DNA of 64,000 nt from an uncultured candidate division Zixibacteria bacterium (GCA_963702205.1 OY969724.1:3008001-3072000), one strand, 5' to 3'; counted from the stretch's first letter, positions 1-11,486 are shown. Notes: generated by a model from the sequence alone, not told the origin. Numbers and translations: made by a program.

Positions 1-92
1 AGCTTATTGACCAAAGGCATATAATTAAGTCCATGGTGATAATCATAAATGGGCACGAATAGTTTTCTTGATAATACTCCGAGGATATCCAT
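1..92 (-). CDS. 5' fragment of a gene running off the window edge (MDILGVLSRKLFVPIYDYHHGLNYMPLVNK...); possibly a CapK/phenylacetate-CoA-ligase-like polysaccharide-locus protein
   Basis: GGAGG RBS about 9 nt before the ATG at 92; frame open to the window edge; same strand as the upstream polysaccharide genes. The product guess is weak. Confidence 0.45.
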   Translation of the reverse strand, partial: MDILGVLSRKLFVPIYDYHHGLNYMPLVNK

Positions 93-372
93 TATACTAA
101 TCCTCCCGAAGACGTGGAGCCGTTCATACATACATTCGCTGCTCCCGGCTTTGTCGTGCCCGATGCACAATTGCCTGTGCTTCGTTCGATTAATCCTAAT
201 AAAATATGGACATTAGATAACACGCTAAAATCCTCGCGGAAGATTAACATCCGAGGACGATTCATTCGATTGTGGACAGCCCCGTTCATGTCACCGAAAT
301 TCCTGAAATGCTGCCAGTCGCCGGCCGATTGCCTATTGATACTCACCATCTAATAATAACACTCCGTGTAGT

Positions 373-1896
373 TCATTTACTCCTAAAGCCAAATATCGTA
401 GCGATATTTTTTTCTATTCTTTCCTTATCATACTTTTCGAGAATAATCATGAATAAACCGGCCAACATCACTATTGATACCAGGATACAATCAAGAATCA
501 ATTTCAACCAATTGTCCGGCGTAATAAACCTGCTAATTATATACGAAGAGGGCCAAATAAGCAGAACCGATTTCAGAACTGATTTGGAAGCATTGGAATA
601 AAATTCCGCGACCGGCGATTTCATCGCCCCATAAAATACTTTGGGATATATGAAGATATAGATTAACGACTGAGGTATGGCCGTGCCCAGTGCCACTCCG
701 ACAATGCCATAGGGCTTTACCAGAATGATCGACAGGACTATATTGGCCAATGCTTCCAATCCGAGAATATAGAAAGTCAAACGATGTTTTGAGACACCCA
801 TTAAAACAGAATTGGCAATAATCTGCGGAAATGTCAATGACGCCCCTATTATTAAGATATGCAGAACCAATATGGCATCGGTAAACCCATTCTTAACCCA
901 TAAAAGGATAAACGGTCCTCCGAAGAAAAGCATGACGATGCAAAAATATCCCGAAAGATAGTATAAATAACGTGTTGATTTCGAATAGATGTCCATGATT
1001 TTCTTAAAGTCACTAAGGGCTTCAAAATGGCTGATGGCGGGTACCAGGGGCGTCGCGATGGTCAAAATGGAGTTTCTTAGCTGAGTGATTATCAACGCCG
1101 GGATGGAAAACACGGCCACGTCCGCAGTCGTCAAATAGGCACCGATGACGAGATTGTCAGTTTGAAAAATCAAGGTCCAGGCAATCACGATCAGAAATGA
1201 AAAAATTCCATAATTCATCATTTCCCGGATTTTGGCCATACTAAAATATTCGCGGGAATATTCGATTTCTGGAAACATTTGATGCCTGATACGATATCGC
1301 CAGGCAGCGGATATGAAATTGAGTGTCAGAATCCATGCCGCCATTTCTATCAATCCATAGTCGTATTCGAGCAGGACTATAATACCCAGCGTTTCGAAAA
1401 TCCTGGTGCCTATCAGGAAATAATTGACGATATCGAATCGATGGAAAGGCCCCATCGAACAAAATGGTATGGATGCAAAATACAGGGCCAGGTTGGCTCC
1501 TAAAATAAGTACAATGATCTGCGTGGTTTTAAAATACTCGGGGGGGATATTAAATAACCGAAGAAAGAAATAGTTGATCATGATTGCAATGACAATGGTT
1601 GCCCCCGAAACAAACAGGTACATTCGAGCCGAAGAATTGATTGCCTGGTTCAGCTGTTTCCAGTCCTTCTCGGCATAATATTTTGAAATATATTTTACTA
1701 ACGATTGCTGAATCCCCATATCTGCCAGCCTCATATAGGCTAACAATGAAAAGACAAGGGTCCATAAACCATATTGGTCCTTGCCCAAACGTGAAATTAA
1801 GTAAGGGGTGAAAAAGAAAGAGATGACAATGCTTATAAACATTGCCGCGGTTGAAGTAAAAATATTTTTAAAAAACTGGCTGATAACAGAAACCAC
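373..1896 (-). CDS. wzx: Wzx-type polysaccharide flippase (MOP/PST superfamily)
   Basis: 507 aa, many TM segments, N-terminal 'FFFTPYLISRLGKDQYGLW...ADMGI' and 'QTDNLVIGAYL' PST motifs; GGAG RBS before the GTG. Confidence 0.85.
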   Translation of the reverse strand: MVSVISQFFKNIFTSTAAMFISIVISFFFTPYLISRLGKDQYGLWTLVFSLLAYMRLADMGIQQSLVKYISKYYAEKDWKQLNQAINSSARMYLFVSGATIVIAIMINYFFLRLFNIPPEYFKTTQIIVLILGANLALYFASIPFCSMGPFHRFDIVNYFLIGTRIFETLGIIVLLEYDYGLIEMAAWILTLNFISAAWRYRIRHQMFPEIEYSREYFSMAKIREMMNYGIFSFLIVIAWTLIFQTDNLVIGAYLTTADVAVFSIPALIITQLRNSILTIATPLVPAISHFEALSDFKKIMDIYSKSTRYLYYLSGYFCIVMLFFGGPFILLWVKNGFTDAILVLHILIIGASLTFPQIIANSVLMGVSKHRLTFYILGLEALANIVLSIILVKPYGIVGVALGTAIPQSLIYIFIYPKVFYGAMKSPVAEFYSNASKSVLKSVLLIWPSSYIISRFITPDNWLKLILDCILVSIVMLAGLFMIILEKYDKERIEKNIATIFGFRSK

Positions 1897-2263
1897 TTGC
1901 TTCTCCGTATAGAAATGATAGCTGCCTATACCATCTCTTCAATAGCTTGTCTGCATTAGCCCTTGCTAATTCAGACAGCGGCGAAAATACTAACCTGCTC
2001 TATGGCGGCCGGCCTTTGGACCATCCTCTTTAAAAATGCATTTGTTAAATCAATAAGCGCGGGCAAGCCCGAAAATCAACCAAAATATGATATCGTGAAA
2101 CGTGCGGGTTCCGATATACGTGCAACTTCAAGCTCTCCTTATGTCGGGCATCGCTTGCAGGTTGTTTTTCCCCGGTATAATGAGAATCTTCATTCTCAAG
2201 AATATGCCGGCAAGTCAGGAATACAAGACGATCGCCGGTTATAATTTGTCATCCCGATGTGTC

Positions 2264-3649
2264 CTATGTCGCCTGGTTGAGTTTCCTGACGTTGGTTTTT
2301 TCCATTATCAGCCTGTTTAGTACAAAGGTCAGCCCGGCTATCATATACCAGGTATAGCGATAAAGGTTATGCCCGAACAACCCGGAAACGAATAGGGCAA
2401 TCATGGACACGATAAAACTTTTGCAGTAAATTGACACCCATAATCCATCGACCCGACTTTGGGCACTCCGGCCAAGAGTGCGAAGATTCTTTACCAGAAA
2501 ATATATGAATACAAACCAGACAATGAAACCGATAATGCCTTCTTCAGCGAATAATTGTATATAAAGATTATGCGGCTGCATCCAGCGCGGTGGACCGAAA
2601 TCACCAGAACCATAAGCGTAGGCGAAGGCCCCGGCCCCTACACCGATAATCGGGCGGTCGACAATCATTCTAAGTCCGGCTTCCCAGATTTCAACTCGTC
2701 CCGATGACGTCTCGTTGATATTGTCCATATCTTCCAAAGTCATATATCGCTGTCGATATTGACCAGGCAGAATCGACCATAATCCGACGAACAGCACTAA
2801 ACTCGTGATTACGATTATGACTTTATGTCTTGAATACATTATACCGCCAGCGATAGCGCCTACGAAGGCAAGCATACCGCTTCGGGAAGCGGTTATGGCG
2901 ACCAAATAAACCATGCCCAGCGCGAGCAGCCAGAGCAGGCTGCTTATCAGCCACTGTCTGAAATAAAAGCCGGAGGCGACCAACAGCGGGATTGTTGCCA
3001 CCAGCGTAGCAGCCAGCGTATTGGGGTCCCCCCCGGCCGATGTGCTGCCATACATTCGATCCACTCCCATACGGGTGATAAATCCCCCCTCCATATATGA
3101 CCTGAAGGCATCAAATCCGATATAGGCGATCAGCAGGAGAAAGACCGATATAAAGGCGATGAATTTCTGCTTAGTGTCTATCAAGGAAATAATTAAATAA
3201 TAAAATATTAAAAGTTTAAGAAAGTCGAGGCAGGTTTCAATCGTCACACCCTTGTCATAGGACGTGAATACCGTAAGGCACATCGCGACCAGGAAGGCCA
3301 CCATCGAAAGTGTAATTGAGTCGCGGGGAAGCGTCACCCTGCCTTCCATAATTTTTTGCCGAATGACAATCACGAGCAGTACAAACAGCCCGGTGACAAG
3401 TTCCAGCCGCAGCGCCGACAATGACGGATACATTTCACCGGGACGCAGTAAAAATATCATGAGATATGACAACAGGCCCCAGAACGGGTATTTGACGATC
3501 AGAACCACGTTGGCCAGCAGGAATAAAGCGGCTATAATTATCAGGGGATTGATAAAAACGGCCGTAACTCCGGCCACAATGCAAACAAAAGCCAGGGTGG
3601 CCCACCATAAATGGCGACTTGATATAAATGTACCAGTGGTTCCGGCCAT
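2264..3649 (-). CDS. O-antigen ligase / Wzy_C family membrane protein
   Basis: 461 aa polytopic protein; 'GDPNTLA', 'TASRSG', 'R.EIWEAG...PIIGVG.G', 'PHNLYIQ..AE.GIIG' Wzy_C motifs. Confidence 0.85.
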   Translation of the reverse strand: MAGTTGTFISSRHLWWATLAFVCIVAGVTAVFINPLIIIAALFLLANVVLIVKYPFWGLLSYLMIFLLRPGEMYPSLSALRLELVTGLFVLLVIVIRQKIMEGRVTLPRDSITLSMVAFLVAMCLTVFTSYDKGVTIETCLDFLKLLIFYYLIISLIDTKQKFIAFISVFLLLIAYIGFDAFRSYMEGGFITRMGVDRMYGSTSAGGDPNTLAATLVATIPLLVASGFYFRQWLISSLLWLLALGMVYLVAITASRSGMLAFVGAIAGGIMYSRHKVIIVITSLVLFVGLWSILPGQYRQRYMTLEDMDNINETSSGRVEIWEAGLRMIVDRPIIGVGAGAFAYAYGSGDFGPPRWMQPHNLYIQLFAEEGIIGFIVWFVFIYFLVKNLRTLGRSAQSRVDGLWVSIYCKSFIVSMIALFVSGLFGHNLYRYTWYMIAGLTFVLNRLIMEKTNVRKLNQAT

Positions 3650-4581
3650 CTATCTGATCTCTTCCCCGGATTCCGGTTGAACAATCGACATTTCTCTTAC
3701 AATAAAACTTTTGATTTTGGCCGTCAACCTCCGCCGGTCCCAATCATCGAATATAAATATATACCTGCCTGTTAACATTGTTATCGTTATAACAGCTCCC
3801 CGGCCAGAAGTTTATTGCTTGAATCGGGAAAGGCCAGGTGACGCATCAGAAAAGCCGGAGAAAGGATTGAAATGGCCGCCAACAAGATCGACCTGATTGC
3901 GCCTTTATAAAATATCGACACACTCGTATTCATGGTCCGGTAAAATATGGCCGGGTATATGAATGAATATATTGTCACCTGCGGTATGGCCGTGCCCATT
4001 GCCACACCGAATATCCCGTAAGTTTTCAACGATCTCAACGATAGGATAATTTTGGAAGTCGCCTCGGATACCAAAATAGAATAAGCGATCTTATGCCGCG
4101 AGAGGCCGAACAGGACCGAATTGGCAATAGCCTGCGGGAAATAAATCCCGCCCACAATTATAAGTACCTGGAGAATTCTTATGGCCGGGCGGAAATCCTC
4201 ACCGACCCATAAAAGTATGAACGGGCCTCCCAGAAACGGCACCGCAAAGCACAAATAGCCCGACAGATAATAAAGATATCGGGCGGCCTCGTTGTAAAAG
4301 GACACGATCCGGTCATAATCCTTACCGGCCTCCATACGGCTCACCGCAGGGACCGGCGGCACGGATATAATATTCAGCGCTCCCCGCAGCTGCCTCACCC
4401 CGAGGTCGACCAGGCCGAGATAGGCCACGATCGAAAAAGCCAGCGACCAGATTCCATAGCGCTCCTTGCCGAGCATGTCGATCAGGTATGGCGTGAAAAA
4501 GAAAGTTATAGCCAAAGAAATAATCATGCTGGCCCACGAAGTGACAATATTACGCATAAATTGACCAATTACTGTTGCCAT
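3650..4581 (-). pseudogene. Degenerate second wzx paralog: in-frame internal deletion of about 208 codons plus a frameshift near 3800
   Basis: Aligns to the 373..1896 Wzx at residues 1-64, then jumps to residue about 272 (junction ...DLGVRQ|LRG..., at about 4387-4392). The C-terminal homology (GAVITITMLTGRYIFIFDDWDRRRL...) continues in another frame to TAG at 3652-3650, abutting the next ATG. Confidence 0.8.
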
Positions 4582-4668
4582 ATATATCCAAATATCGACG
4601 GAAAATCTTTTAAATGAATGAATTATACGCGCACGGCGTAAGCAATATAATATTAATTTGGGTAGGGA

Positions 4669-5145
4669 TCAGGTAATTTTGAAAGGAGCACCTGGAATTC
4701 CTTCGTATCGAATTTCATCGACAGCTTCTTTTCTTCCGAATCCCGCATACAGGCGATCCGGAGTATTTATTGAAAATCCGTCTGCACGTCCGATATTTTT
4801 ATAGCCATGAACCACTCCGGGCGGAATGATCACGATCAAAGCTTCTGTTTCATCGGTCCTTAATATGATGTGCCTATTAAAAGAAAGTGATCCGGCCCGG
4901 TTGTCCCACAAGTATATTTCAAAATGCCCGACCCCCGGAAACACCAGGCAATCGCTCTGTTCCTTATGTTGGTGGGGACCGCGAGATTCCCCCGGCCTGG
5001 TCAGGGACATATAGCCCATTGCCACTTTGAATCCGTTGGGAAGCTCGTCCAAGCGAAACAGCTCCGTCAGCCAGCCGCGTTGATCGCTGTGCCGAACATT
5101 CCGTCCAACCAGCACTCCCTCTATTTCGGTCTTTTCAGGAACCAT
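4669..5145 (-). CDS. rmlC: dTDP-4-dehydrorhamnose 3,5-epimerase family (cupin)
   Basis: 'HSDQRGWLTELFR', 'RGPHQH..QSD', 'IPPGVVHGY'; last gene of rmlBADC. Start moved to ATG 5145, overlapping the rmlD stop. Confidence 0.85.
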   Translation of the reverse strand: MVPEKTEIEGVLVGRNVRHSDQRGWLTELFRLDELPNGFKVAMGYMSLTRPGESRGPHQHKEQSDCLVFPGVGHFEIYLWDNRAGSLSFNRHIILRTDETEALIVIIPPGVVHGYKNIGRADGFSINTPDRLYAGFGRKEAVDEIRYEGIPGAPFKIT

Positions 5146-6004
5146 AAAGACCCGTCGTCTGGAGGAAATCGCGAAGGGCCGCACCATAGTCTTTCATGAT
5201 ATTGCATCCGGCCTTGTCCAGCACGCCGTTGGTCAGCGGTGTATAGGCCGGGCGGGGCGCCCGATCGGGAAAATCTTTTCGCAGACATTCGGCCATCGGA
5301 ACATCCAGTTTCAGAAGCGAAAACAGCAGCGCCGCCTGGTCATACCGAGAGCATGCTCCTTCGGCCGAACAATGAATGATCCCGGTTATATTTTTGTCTA
5401 TTATTATTTCCGTCTGGCGGACAACTTCATCGTTCCAGGTCGGTGTCCCGACCTGGTCGGTTATCATTTTGATGGGCTCTTCTTTTGACGGATTGTGGCT
5501 GGCCCGGTCAATAAGTCTCATCACAAAACTCTTCCGGCTGTCATTATATAGCCAGGCCACCCTGACTACGGCCGCGTCCGGCAATATCTCGAGCACCTGC
5601 TTTTCGCCTTCAAGTTTGCTGTGGCCATAGACGTTGACCGCCCCGGTCGGATCGCTTTCGACATACGGCGTCTCCTTGCGGCCGTCGAAAACATAATCGG
5701 TACTGTAATGCAGGAGTCTCGCCCCGGCTTCTTTGCACGCCGTCGCGACATTGGCGGCCCCATCGGTATTTACGGCGAACGCCTTTTTCGGATCGTTCTG
5801 GCAGGCATCGACGTCGGTCCAGGCGGCGGGATTGAGAACTATATCCGGCTTGAAGTCGCGGACGAATGCGACCGTCGCGGCTTTGTGTCTTATATCCAGA
5901 TCATCGCTACCGATTGCCATCCGGTTGTATTTCTGTCCGAAATATTTCGACAGGTCGGCCCCGAGAATACCGGTCGCACCGATTATCAGCATTTTACCAG
6001 CCAC
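5135..6004 (-). CDS. rmlD: dTDP-4-dehydrorhamnose reductase
   Basis: 'IIGATGILG', 'AAWTDVDAC', 'STDYVFDG', 'YGHSKLEGE', 'DQVGTPT'; GTG start at 6004 with a GGGAG RBS. Confidence 0.92.
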   Translation of the reverse strand: MAGKMLIIGATGILGADLSKYFGQKYNRMAIGSDDLDIRHKAATVAFVRDFKPDIVLNPAAWTDVDACQNDPKKAFAVNTDGAANVATACKEAGARLLHYSTDYVFDGRKETPYVESDPTGAVNVYGHSKLEGEKQVLEILPDAAVVRVAWLYNDSRKSFVMRLIDRASHNPSKEEPIKMITDQVGTPTWNDEVVRQTEIIIDKNITGIIHCSAEGACSRYDQAALLFSLLKLDVPMAECLRKDFPDRAPRPAYTPLTNGVLDKAGCNIMKDYGAALRDFLQTTGLYGS

Positions 6005-6887
6005 CGTTGATCTCCCGGACAACCCGCAACAGGTAATCCTTGTAGCTGTTATCGGCCAGATTCTGCACCAGATCATTGAACTGGTCGCGATTGATGAATT
6101 TCATACGGTATGCGATTTCTTCCACGCAAGCGACTTTAAGACCCTGACGTTTTTCTATGGTCGCGATAAAATTACTCGCCGCCAGCATGCTTTCGGGAGT
6201 TCCGGTATCAAGCCAGGCAAAACCTCGTCCAAGTTTGACCACTCGCAATTTGTTACGTTCCAGATAGGCCCGGTTGACATCGGTAATTTCCAGTTCTCCC
6301 CGCCGCGACGGTTTTAAATTCCGGGCGATGTCAGTTACATCGGCGTCGTACATATACAGCCCGGTAACGACATAGTTCGATTTCGGCTTCTCCGGCTTTT
6401 CTTCTATCGAGACCACGCGCCCGTCACCGTCGTATTCTATCACGCCGTACCTTTGCGGGTCCATGACATAATACCCGAACACCAGCGCCCCGTCGTCGAA
6501 CTGCCGCATACCCTCGAAATGCTTGTAATCGCCATAAAAAATATTATCGCCGAGAATCAAAGCCACCGGATCATTGCCGATGAAATTTTTCCCAATTACA
6601 ATCGCTTCGGCAATCCCGCGCGGTTCCGGCTGGACGGCGTATGAAATATTCAATCCCAGGCTCGATCCATCGCCGAACAAGCATTCGAACTGCGGTCGTG
6701 TCGACGGTGTCGTAATCAGCAATATATCTTTTATCCCGAACAACATCAGCGTCGACAGGGGGTAATAGATCATCGGTTTGTCATGCACCGGCAGAAGCTG
6801 TTTGCACACCGCCGCCGTTATCGGGTACAACCGACTGCCGGTACCCCCGGCCAGGATAATTCCCTTTTTCACCCGGTCCGCGGTCAT
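5994..6887 (-). CDS. rmlA: Glucose-1-phosphate thymidylyltransferase
   Basis: '[17 protein letters not shown]', '[11 protein letters not shown]', 'RGELEITD', '[11 protein letters not shown]'; ATGA overlap with the rmlB stop. Confidence 0.96.
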   Translation of the reverse strand: MTADRVKKGIILAGGTGSRLYPITAAVCKQLLPVHDKPMIYYPLSTLMLFGIKDILLITTPSTRPQFECLFGDGSSLGLNISYAVQPEPRGIAEAIVIGKNFIGNDPVALILGDNIFYGDYKHFEGMRQFDDGALVFGYYVMDPQRYGVIEYDGDGRVVSIEEKPEKPKSNYVVTGLYMYDADVTDIARNLKPSRRGELEITDVNRAYLERNKLRVVKLGRGFAWLDTGTPESMLAASNFIATIEKRQGLKVACVEEIAYRMKFINRDQFNDLVQNLADNSYKDYLLRVVREINGGW

Positions 6888-7963
6888 GACTGCGACAGCT
6901 TCCTTTTGTAATTCATTTTGTAATATTTCATATATTCCCCGCTTATACAAGCGTTGAGCCAGTCCTGATGTTCCAGGTACCATTGGATCGTCTCATCCAG
7001 GGCTTTTTCGAATTCATATTGCGGCCGCCAGCCGAGTTCCGTACGAATGCGCGACGAATCCAGCCCGTAACGATAATCATGCCCGGCTCGATCCTCGACA
7101 AAAGTGATCAGCCTTTCACTGCCCGCGATGCCGACTTTTTCATCGACTTTCCGGCACAGCAGCCGGACCAGATCGAGATTGCGCATTTCGTTACCGGCAT
7201 CTATCAGATATGTCGCGCCTTTTTGACCCCCGCGCAAAACCGTATCCAAAGCCCGGCAATGATCCTCAACGTAGAGCCAGCTGCGGATGTTTTGCCCGTC
7301 GCCGTACACCGGGATTTCCTGCCGATTGAGAATGTTGTTTATGACCAGCGGAATCAATTTTTCCGGAAACTGGCGAGGCCCGAAATTATTGCTGCTGTGG
7401 GTAATTATCGCATCGATACCATAAGTCCTGATATACGCCCCGACCAGATGGTCTCCCCCGGCCTTGGTGGCCGAATACGGAGAATTGGGCCGGTACGGCG
7501 CCCCCTCCGAAAAAACGGGATCATCATCACCCAGCGAACCATAGACTTCATCGGTGGAGACATGGACAAAGCGCACCGGCGTGCCAGACTCAAATCTGCT
7601 TCGGACCAGTTCAAGCAGATGGAAGGTCCCGTTAAGGTTCGTCGTCACGAAATCCGAAGGGCCGATGATGGAACGGTCCACGTGCGATTCGGCGGCCAGA
7701 TGAATGACGGCATCAAAATTATATTTTTCGAAACAGGCCGACAGTTTTTCAAAATCGGCAACGGATATCTTCTCAAATTGAGAATTGTCAGCGTTTTCAA
7801 CCTGGGATAAGCTCGAAAGATTGGCCGCGTAGGTCAGGCAATCGATATTTACAAACAGATATTGCGGATATTTGGGCACAAGATATAACAGCAGATTGGA
7901 ACCGATAAAACCGGCCCCGCCCGTGACAGCTACTATTTTTTCCCAATTACCTTTCAAGGTCAT
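6884..7963 (-). CDS. rmlB: dTDP-glucose 4,6-dehydratase
   Basis: '[11 protein letters not shown]', '[10 protein letters not shown]', 'STDEVYGSL', 'SPYSATKA', 'QFPEKLIP'. Confidence 0.96.
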   Translation of the reverse strand: MTLKGNWEKIVAVTGGAGFIGSNLLLYLVPKYPQYLFVNIDCLTYAANLSSLSQVENADNSQFEKISVADFEKLSACFEKYNFDAVIHLAAESHVDRSIIGPSDFVTTNLNGTFHLLELVRSRFESGTPVRFVHVSTDEVYGSLGDDDPVFSEGAPYRPNSPYSATKAGGDHLVGAYIRTYGIDAIITHSSNNFGPRQFPEKLIPLVINNILNRQEIPVYGDGQNIRSWLYVEDHCRALDTVLRGGQKGATYLIDAGNEMRNLDLVRLLCRKVDEKVGIAGSERLITFVEDRAGHDYRYGLDSSRIRTELGWRPQYEFEKALDETIQWYLEHQDWLNACISGEYMKYYKMNYKRKLSQS

Positions 7964-8049
7964 CTTTCAGCCATAATTTTACGACAAATTTTAAAGGTAG
8001 CCTTACAAAAGGTTTTAGTCAATAACAATGAACCATTAATGAAGTTCTT

Positions 8050-8721
8050 CTAAACCCACGGGAGGTTATCGGGCGGACGTTTGAAGAAAAAGTGCAGGCG
8101 GTGGGGAGGCTCCGGCCACCTTTTATAGAAACAGCAGGACAGCCCCAGTAATGTCATGCAATACGTCTCCCCCACGATTTCAAAGCCCATACGACGGTGG
8201 AGCATGATAGACGGTTTATTGAAAATGTCGACCGCCCCCAGGGCCAGGCTGCGCTTGTCGCGGCCAAAATGTTCGAACTGAATCCTATACAGCGGTCCGA
8301 TAAATCCCTTCATCCGTTCCGAGGGAATCACATAAACGCCATAAAGGAAAAAACCGTCGGTCCCGGTGTCTACCACCTGCCCACCGTACCGTACCCACAT
8401 TTTCCCCCTGGCTCCCCAGCTGATAGCCACTATTTCGCCCGCCTTCTCCACAATAAAACAGGTATCGCCCCGGGCCAGTCGTTCGCGGGCCTTTTCGGCG
8501 GTTATGTCGACCAAAAGCAAATTGGCGGCATCATCGACGGTTGCCGGGCGCAACACATAATCACGATAAACGCGGGTAATCAACTTGGGAGTTCGCGCGG
8601 AAATCAGGACCGTATGATAATAGCTGAACAGCCATTCCGGCATCCGGGCTGAAATTGCCCCGATTATATATTCCAGACCGTATGTTTTAAGTTTATCTTT
8701 GGCTTTTGCCAGTTTGGCCAT
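8050..8721 (-). CDS. GNAT-family N-acetyltransferase-like protein
   Basis: 'YGVYVIPSERMKG' (motif A-like) and 'NKPSIMLHRRMGF' (motif B-like); lies in the polysaccharide locus. Confidence 0.6.
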   Translation of the reverse strand: MAKLAKAKDKLKTYGLEYIIGAISARMPEWLFSYYHTVLISARTPKLITRVYRDYVLRPATVDDAANLLLVDITAEKARERLARGDTCFIVEKAGEIVAISWGARGKMWVRYGGQVVDTGTDGFFLYGVYVIPSERMKGFIGPLYRIQFEHFGRDKRSLALGAVDIFNKPSIMLHRRMGFEIVGETYCMTLLGLSCCFYKRWPEPPHRLHFFFKRPPDNLPWV

Positions 8722-8811
8722 CGGCAGTTTCCCGTCAGCTGCAATAAATTAGACTATATTACGGTAAATGCTGAAATATGCAAACGACAATTTAATAAGT
8801 ATGGATATTAT

Positions 8812-10101
8812 TTATCGAATAATGTCTTCGGGTTCGATCACGCCTTTTTTATACCTTATGAGCCTGCGTATAATATCGAATGGGAACACTCTCGGCGGTT
8901 CGTTAAAATCGTAAACGTAGGGGACTATTTCAGCTTCGTTCAAAGTCCCGAACCCCATTTCATGGCAACCCTCGAGAGTCTGGCGCGTCGTGTTTCGGGA
9001 GACGTCGAAATCCGGGTTGAAATATTCCTGCTCGGGCAGGCAGGGCCAGAGCACATATTTTGACATATAATAATCGAGCGTAACCGGGTCATCGGCCAGA
9101 CCCACTGTCTGCGCCTGCGTCGCCTGCCCCTGCCGTGATTCCCAGCCGACCCATTCGGCGGTCGTGAGATATATATCAGGCTTGCGACAGCATGAAAGCC
9201 ACCCTCCGATCGCTTCACCGACTCCAAACGCCCCGTTGGCGTCGGCGTCGGGATAAGAATGCATGTTCAGGTAGCCCTCGTAATAGCCAATGTCGCTTAT
9301 GCCCAGATGACTTTTTACGGCCGACGTTATCCCGGCATAATCCTGCTCGCCTCCCGATCCGTGATTGTTCAAAGTCGGAACCTTGATAAATTTCAGCGCC
9401 GGCTGACCGTCATAGCCGTTATCATAGACGCCATGTTTCAGGTCAATCAGCCGGTTCGAATACGGCGACCGGATTATCGGATAAGACAGCTGATAGGCTG
9501 TTTGGGTTGTCGGGGAATACCATATCGGTCTAACCCAGCCCTGCCCCTGCGCCGGCTCGCCTATAATCGGCCATTGGTCCGGCTCGTCCTGATTGCGCCA
9601 CAGACGAACTCCCTTGACATTGGAATAACCGTTGTTTTGATAATGGGCGATCATATCGTTAAAATTGTAAGGCCCATTGTGTTCAAGCTCTACCCCGGCA
9701 GCGGTCCAGAACCCGGTCGAGCGAAACTGCGTATTCTCCGTAAATATTATCTCGCCGTCGAAGCCTCCCGGACGGGTCAGGATCAGGTCGATCAGAGCCA
9801 TGCAGCAGGCACAGTTGCTGGCCCCCTGATTGCCCCACTGACCGTTGGGGTTAATGACGACAACATCATCGTGCCCGATAAAATTCTCAATCCCTCCGAA
9901 ACGCATGTCGATAACCTTGGCAACATTCTGCGCCGGGGTGCCATTCCGGGATAGATATACCGCTGTCAGCTTGCCGGCCAAAGCCTCCGCAGGAGATAGC
10001 AGAGTTTTATCCAGAAGGTAACCTCCACTAAGAATGACAGGAGTATAGCGAGACATCAGTCTGAGTATCTCTCTTCTACTTAATATCTTAGAAAAATCCA
10101 T
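8812..10101 (-). CDS. DUF362-like protein with putative twin-arginine signal
   Basis: 'LSRREILR' N-terminus; 'FGGIENFIGHDDVVVINPN', 'GITSAVKSHLG', 'DPVTLDYY' resemble DUF362 motifs. Confidence 0.6.
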   Translation of the reverse strand: MDFSKILSRREILRLMSRYTPVILSGGYLLDKTLLSPAEALAGKLTAVYLSRNGTPAQNVAKVIDMRFGGIENFIGHDDVVVINPNGQWGNQGASNCACCMALIDLILTRPGGFDGEIIFTENTQFRSTGFWTAAGVELEHNGPYNFNDMIAHYQNNGYSNVKGVRLWRNQDEPDQWPIIGEPAQGQGWVRPIWYSPTTQTAYQLSYPIIRSPYSNRLIDLKHGVYDNGYDGQPALKFIKVPTLNNHGSGGEQDYAGITSAVKSHLGISDIGYYEGYLNMHSYPDADANGAFGVGEAIGGWLSCCRKPDIYLTTAEWVGWESRQGQATQAQTVGLADDPVTLDYYMSKYVLWPCLPEQEYFNPDFDVSRNTTRQTLEGCHEMGFGTLNEAEIVPYVYDFNEPPRVFPFDIIRRLIRYKKGVIEPEDIIR

Positions 10102-10294
10102 TTAAGCATCACTTTAACAGGTCTTACGTCCACTAATTGGCCACCATTTAGTAGTAATGTACATATCCATATATATCAAAGAGGCCTAATAATCAGGGTC
10201 GAGATCCCACCTCGCAGAAGTAATTGCAGGATCCTAAGTATGATATAGCTATAGCGATATTTTGCCAAGTTAATTTTTCGTGATTGGATTACGA

Positions 10295-11401
10295 TCAGGA
10301 TGTCTTATTTGAAAAGTCAACACCACTTCCGGCCGCAGTTTTTAATGCCGCTTTTAAATATCCCCAACCCAGCCCAAAATGGATGGCTGGGAATATTGCG
10401 AACAGATACAATAGATATTTCAGGCCGTGTTTTACGGCCAAATATGCCGACCAGACAATGATTAGCATTAGGTACGCTCCAAATATTATGGAAAACAGGC
10501 TGCCTGCCGTCGGACTGAATATCGAAAGAAACAGGAAAGCAAAAAAGCCTAATACGAATAACGCCGGCAAAAGTCCTGCTATCGAGACGGCTCCGGGGTG
10601 CTTTTGAGCCATACGAAATCGTCCGATGCCATAGCGATTCATCTGCCTTAACAGCCCGCTTAAATTTCGGCGAGGATAGTAGTAAACAGCCAGATCTTTT
10701 GAAGTAAAAGCATCATAGCCAGCCTGATGCGCCCGAAAATTGAAATCAACATCCTCGCAGGCATCAAAACGGCTGTCAAAATATCCTATTTTGTCGAAAA
10801 CCTCTTTCCTGTATGAGGCACCGGAACTGGTCGGGTCGACATACTCATTTTTGTCTGAATATATAGTGGAGTCAAGACCATGGCCTATAATCGACCTCCT
10901 GGCCAAAGCCACTGCCTGCTGAAATGTGGTATTATCCGGGGTTTCCAGAAACTGTGGGCGGCTCAATATCGAAACGTTTTTCCGGGCCAAAAGACGAACC
11001 ATATTTTTAAGCAACCGGTTATTGTCTATATGGACGTGTCCGTCGATAAACGTCACGATTTCCCCGGTGGCCTCGCGGGCCCCGATAGAGCGAGCCGCGG
11101 ATGATAACCTCGCGGGGTTTCGAAAAAGCCTGACACGATTATCAACGATGGCTATCTTCGCGACGACGTCGGCTGTTCGATCATCGGAACAGCCATCTAC
11201 CACCAATACTTCCAATTTCTCGCGAGGATAATCCTGATCGAGAATAAATTTGAGCGTATCCCAGATGCAGTCTTCTTCATTTCGAATCGGAACGACGACC
11301 GATAATTTGGGATAGTCAATCTCGGAAAACCCTGTATCTCCCATGTTATTCAAATCGGCAAATGAACTCTCTTGTTTATTTAAAATACTATGAAAAATCA
11401 T
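10295..11401 (-). CDS. Glycosyltransferase family 2 (ExoA-like) with C-terminal TM helices
   Basis: 'SVVVPIRNEE', 'VVDGCSDDRT', 'FIDGH', 'CEDVDFNFR', 'RQMNRYG..R'. The true start may be the downstream ATG (MGDTG). Confidence 0.88.
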   Translation of the reverse strand: MIFHSILNKQESSFADLNNMGDTGFSEIDYPKLSVVVPIRNEEDCIWDTLKFILDQDYPREKLEVLVVDGCSDDRTADVVAKIAIVDNRVRLFRNPARLSSAARSIGAREATGEIVTFIDGHVHIDNNRLLKNMVRLLARKNVSILSRPQFLETPDNTTFQQAVALARRSIIGHGLDSTIYSDKNEYVDPTSSGASYRKEVFDKIGYFDSRFDACEDVDFNFRAHQAGYDAFTSKDLAVYYYPRRNLSGLLRQMNRYGIGRFRMAQKHPGAVSIAGLLPALFVLGFFAFLFLSIFSPTAGSLFSIIFGAYLMLIIVWSAYLAVKHGLKYLLYLFAIFPAIHFGLGWGYLKAALKTAAGSGVDFSNKTS

Positions 11402-11486
11402 TTATCAAAAGCGTTTTTTGGGAACATTTTTATTTTTCCGATGTCTTGAATATTGAATCGATTGAAATTAATTGAGTGAGGAAAAA

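Noticed and set aside
1897..2263. 367-bp gap between the ligase and wzx with short plus-strand ORFs
   Set aside because: No motif, RBS-supported ORF or convincing structure was found.
6968..7810. Long antisense ORFs (also 9259..9954, 45426..46613, 48924..49778, 54349..55383, 59284..60144 and others)
   Set aside because: They are shadow frames opposite well-supported genes, with no recognisable motifs or RBS.
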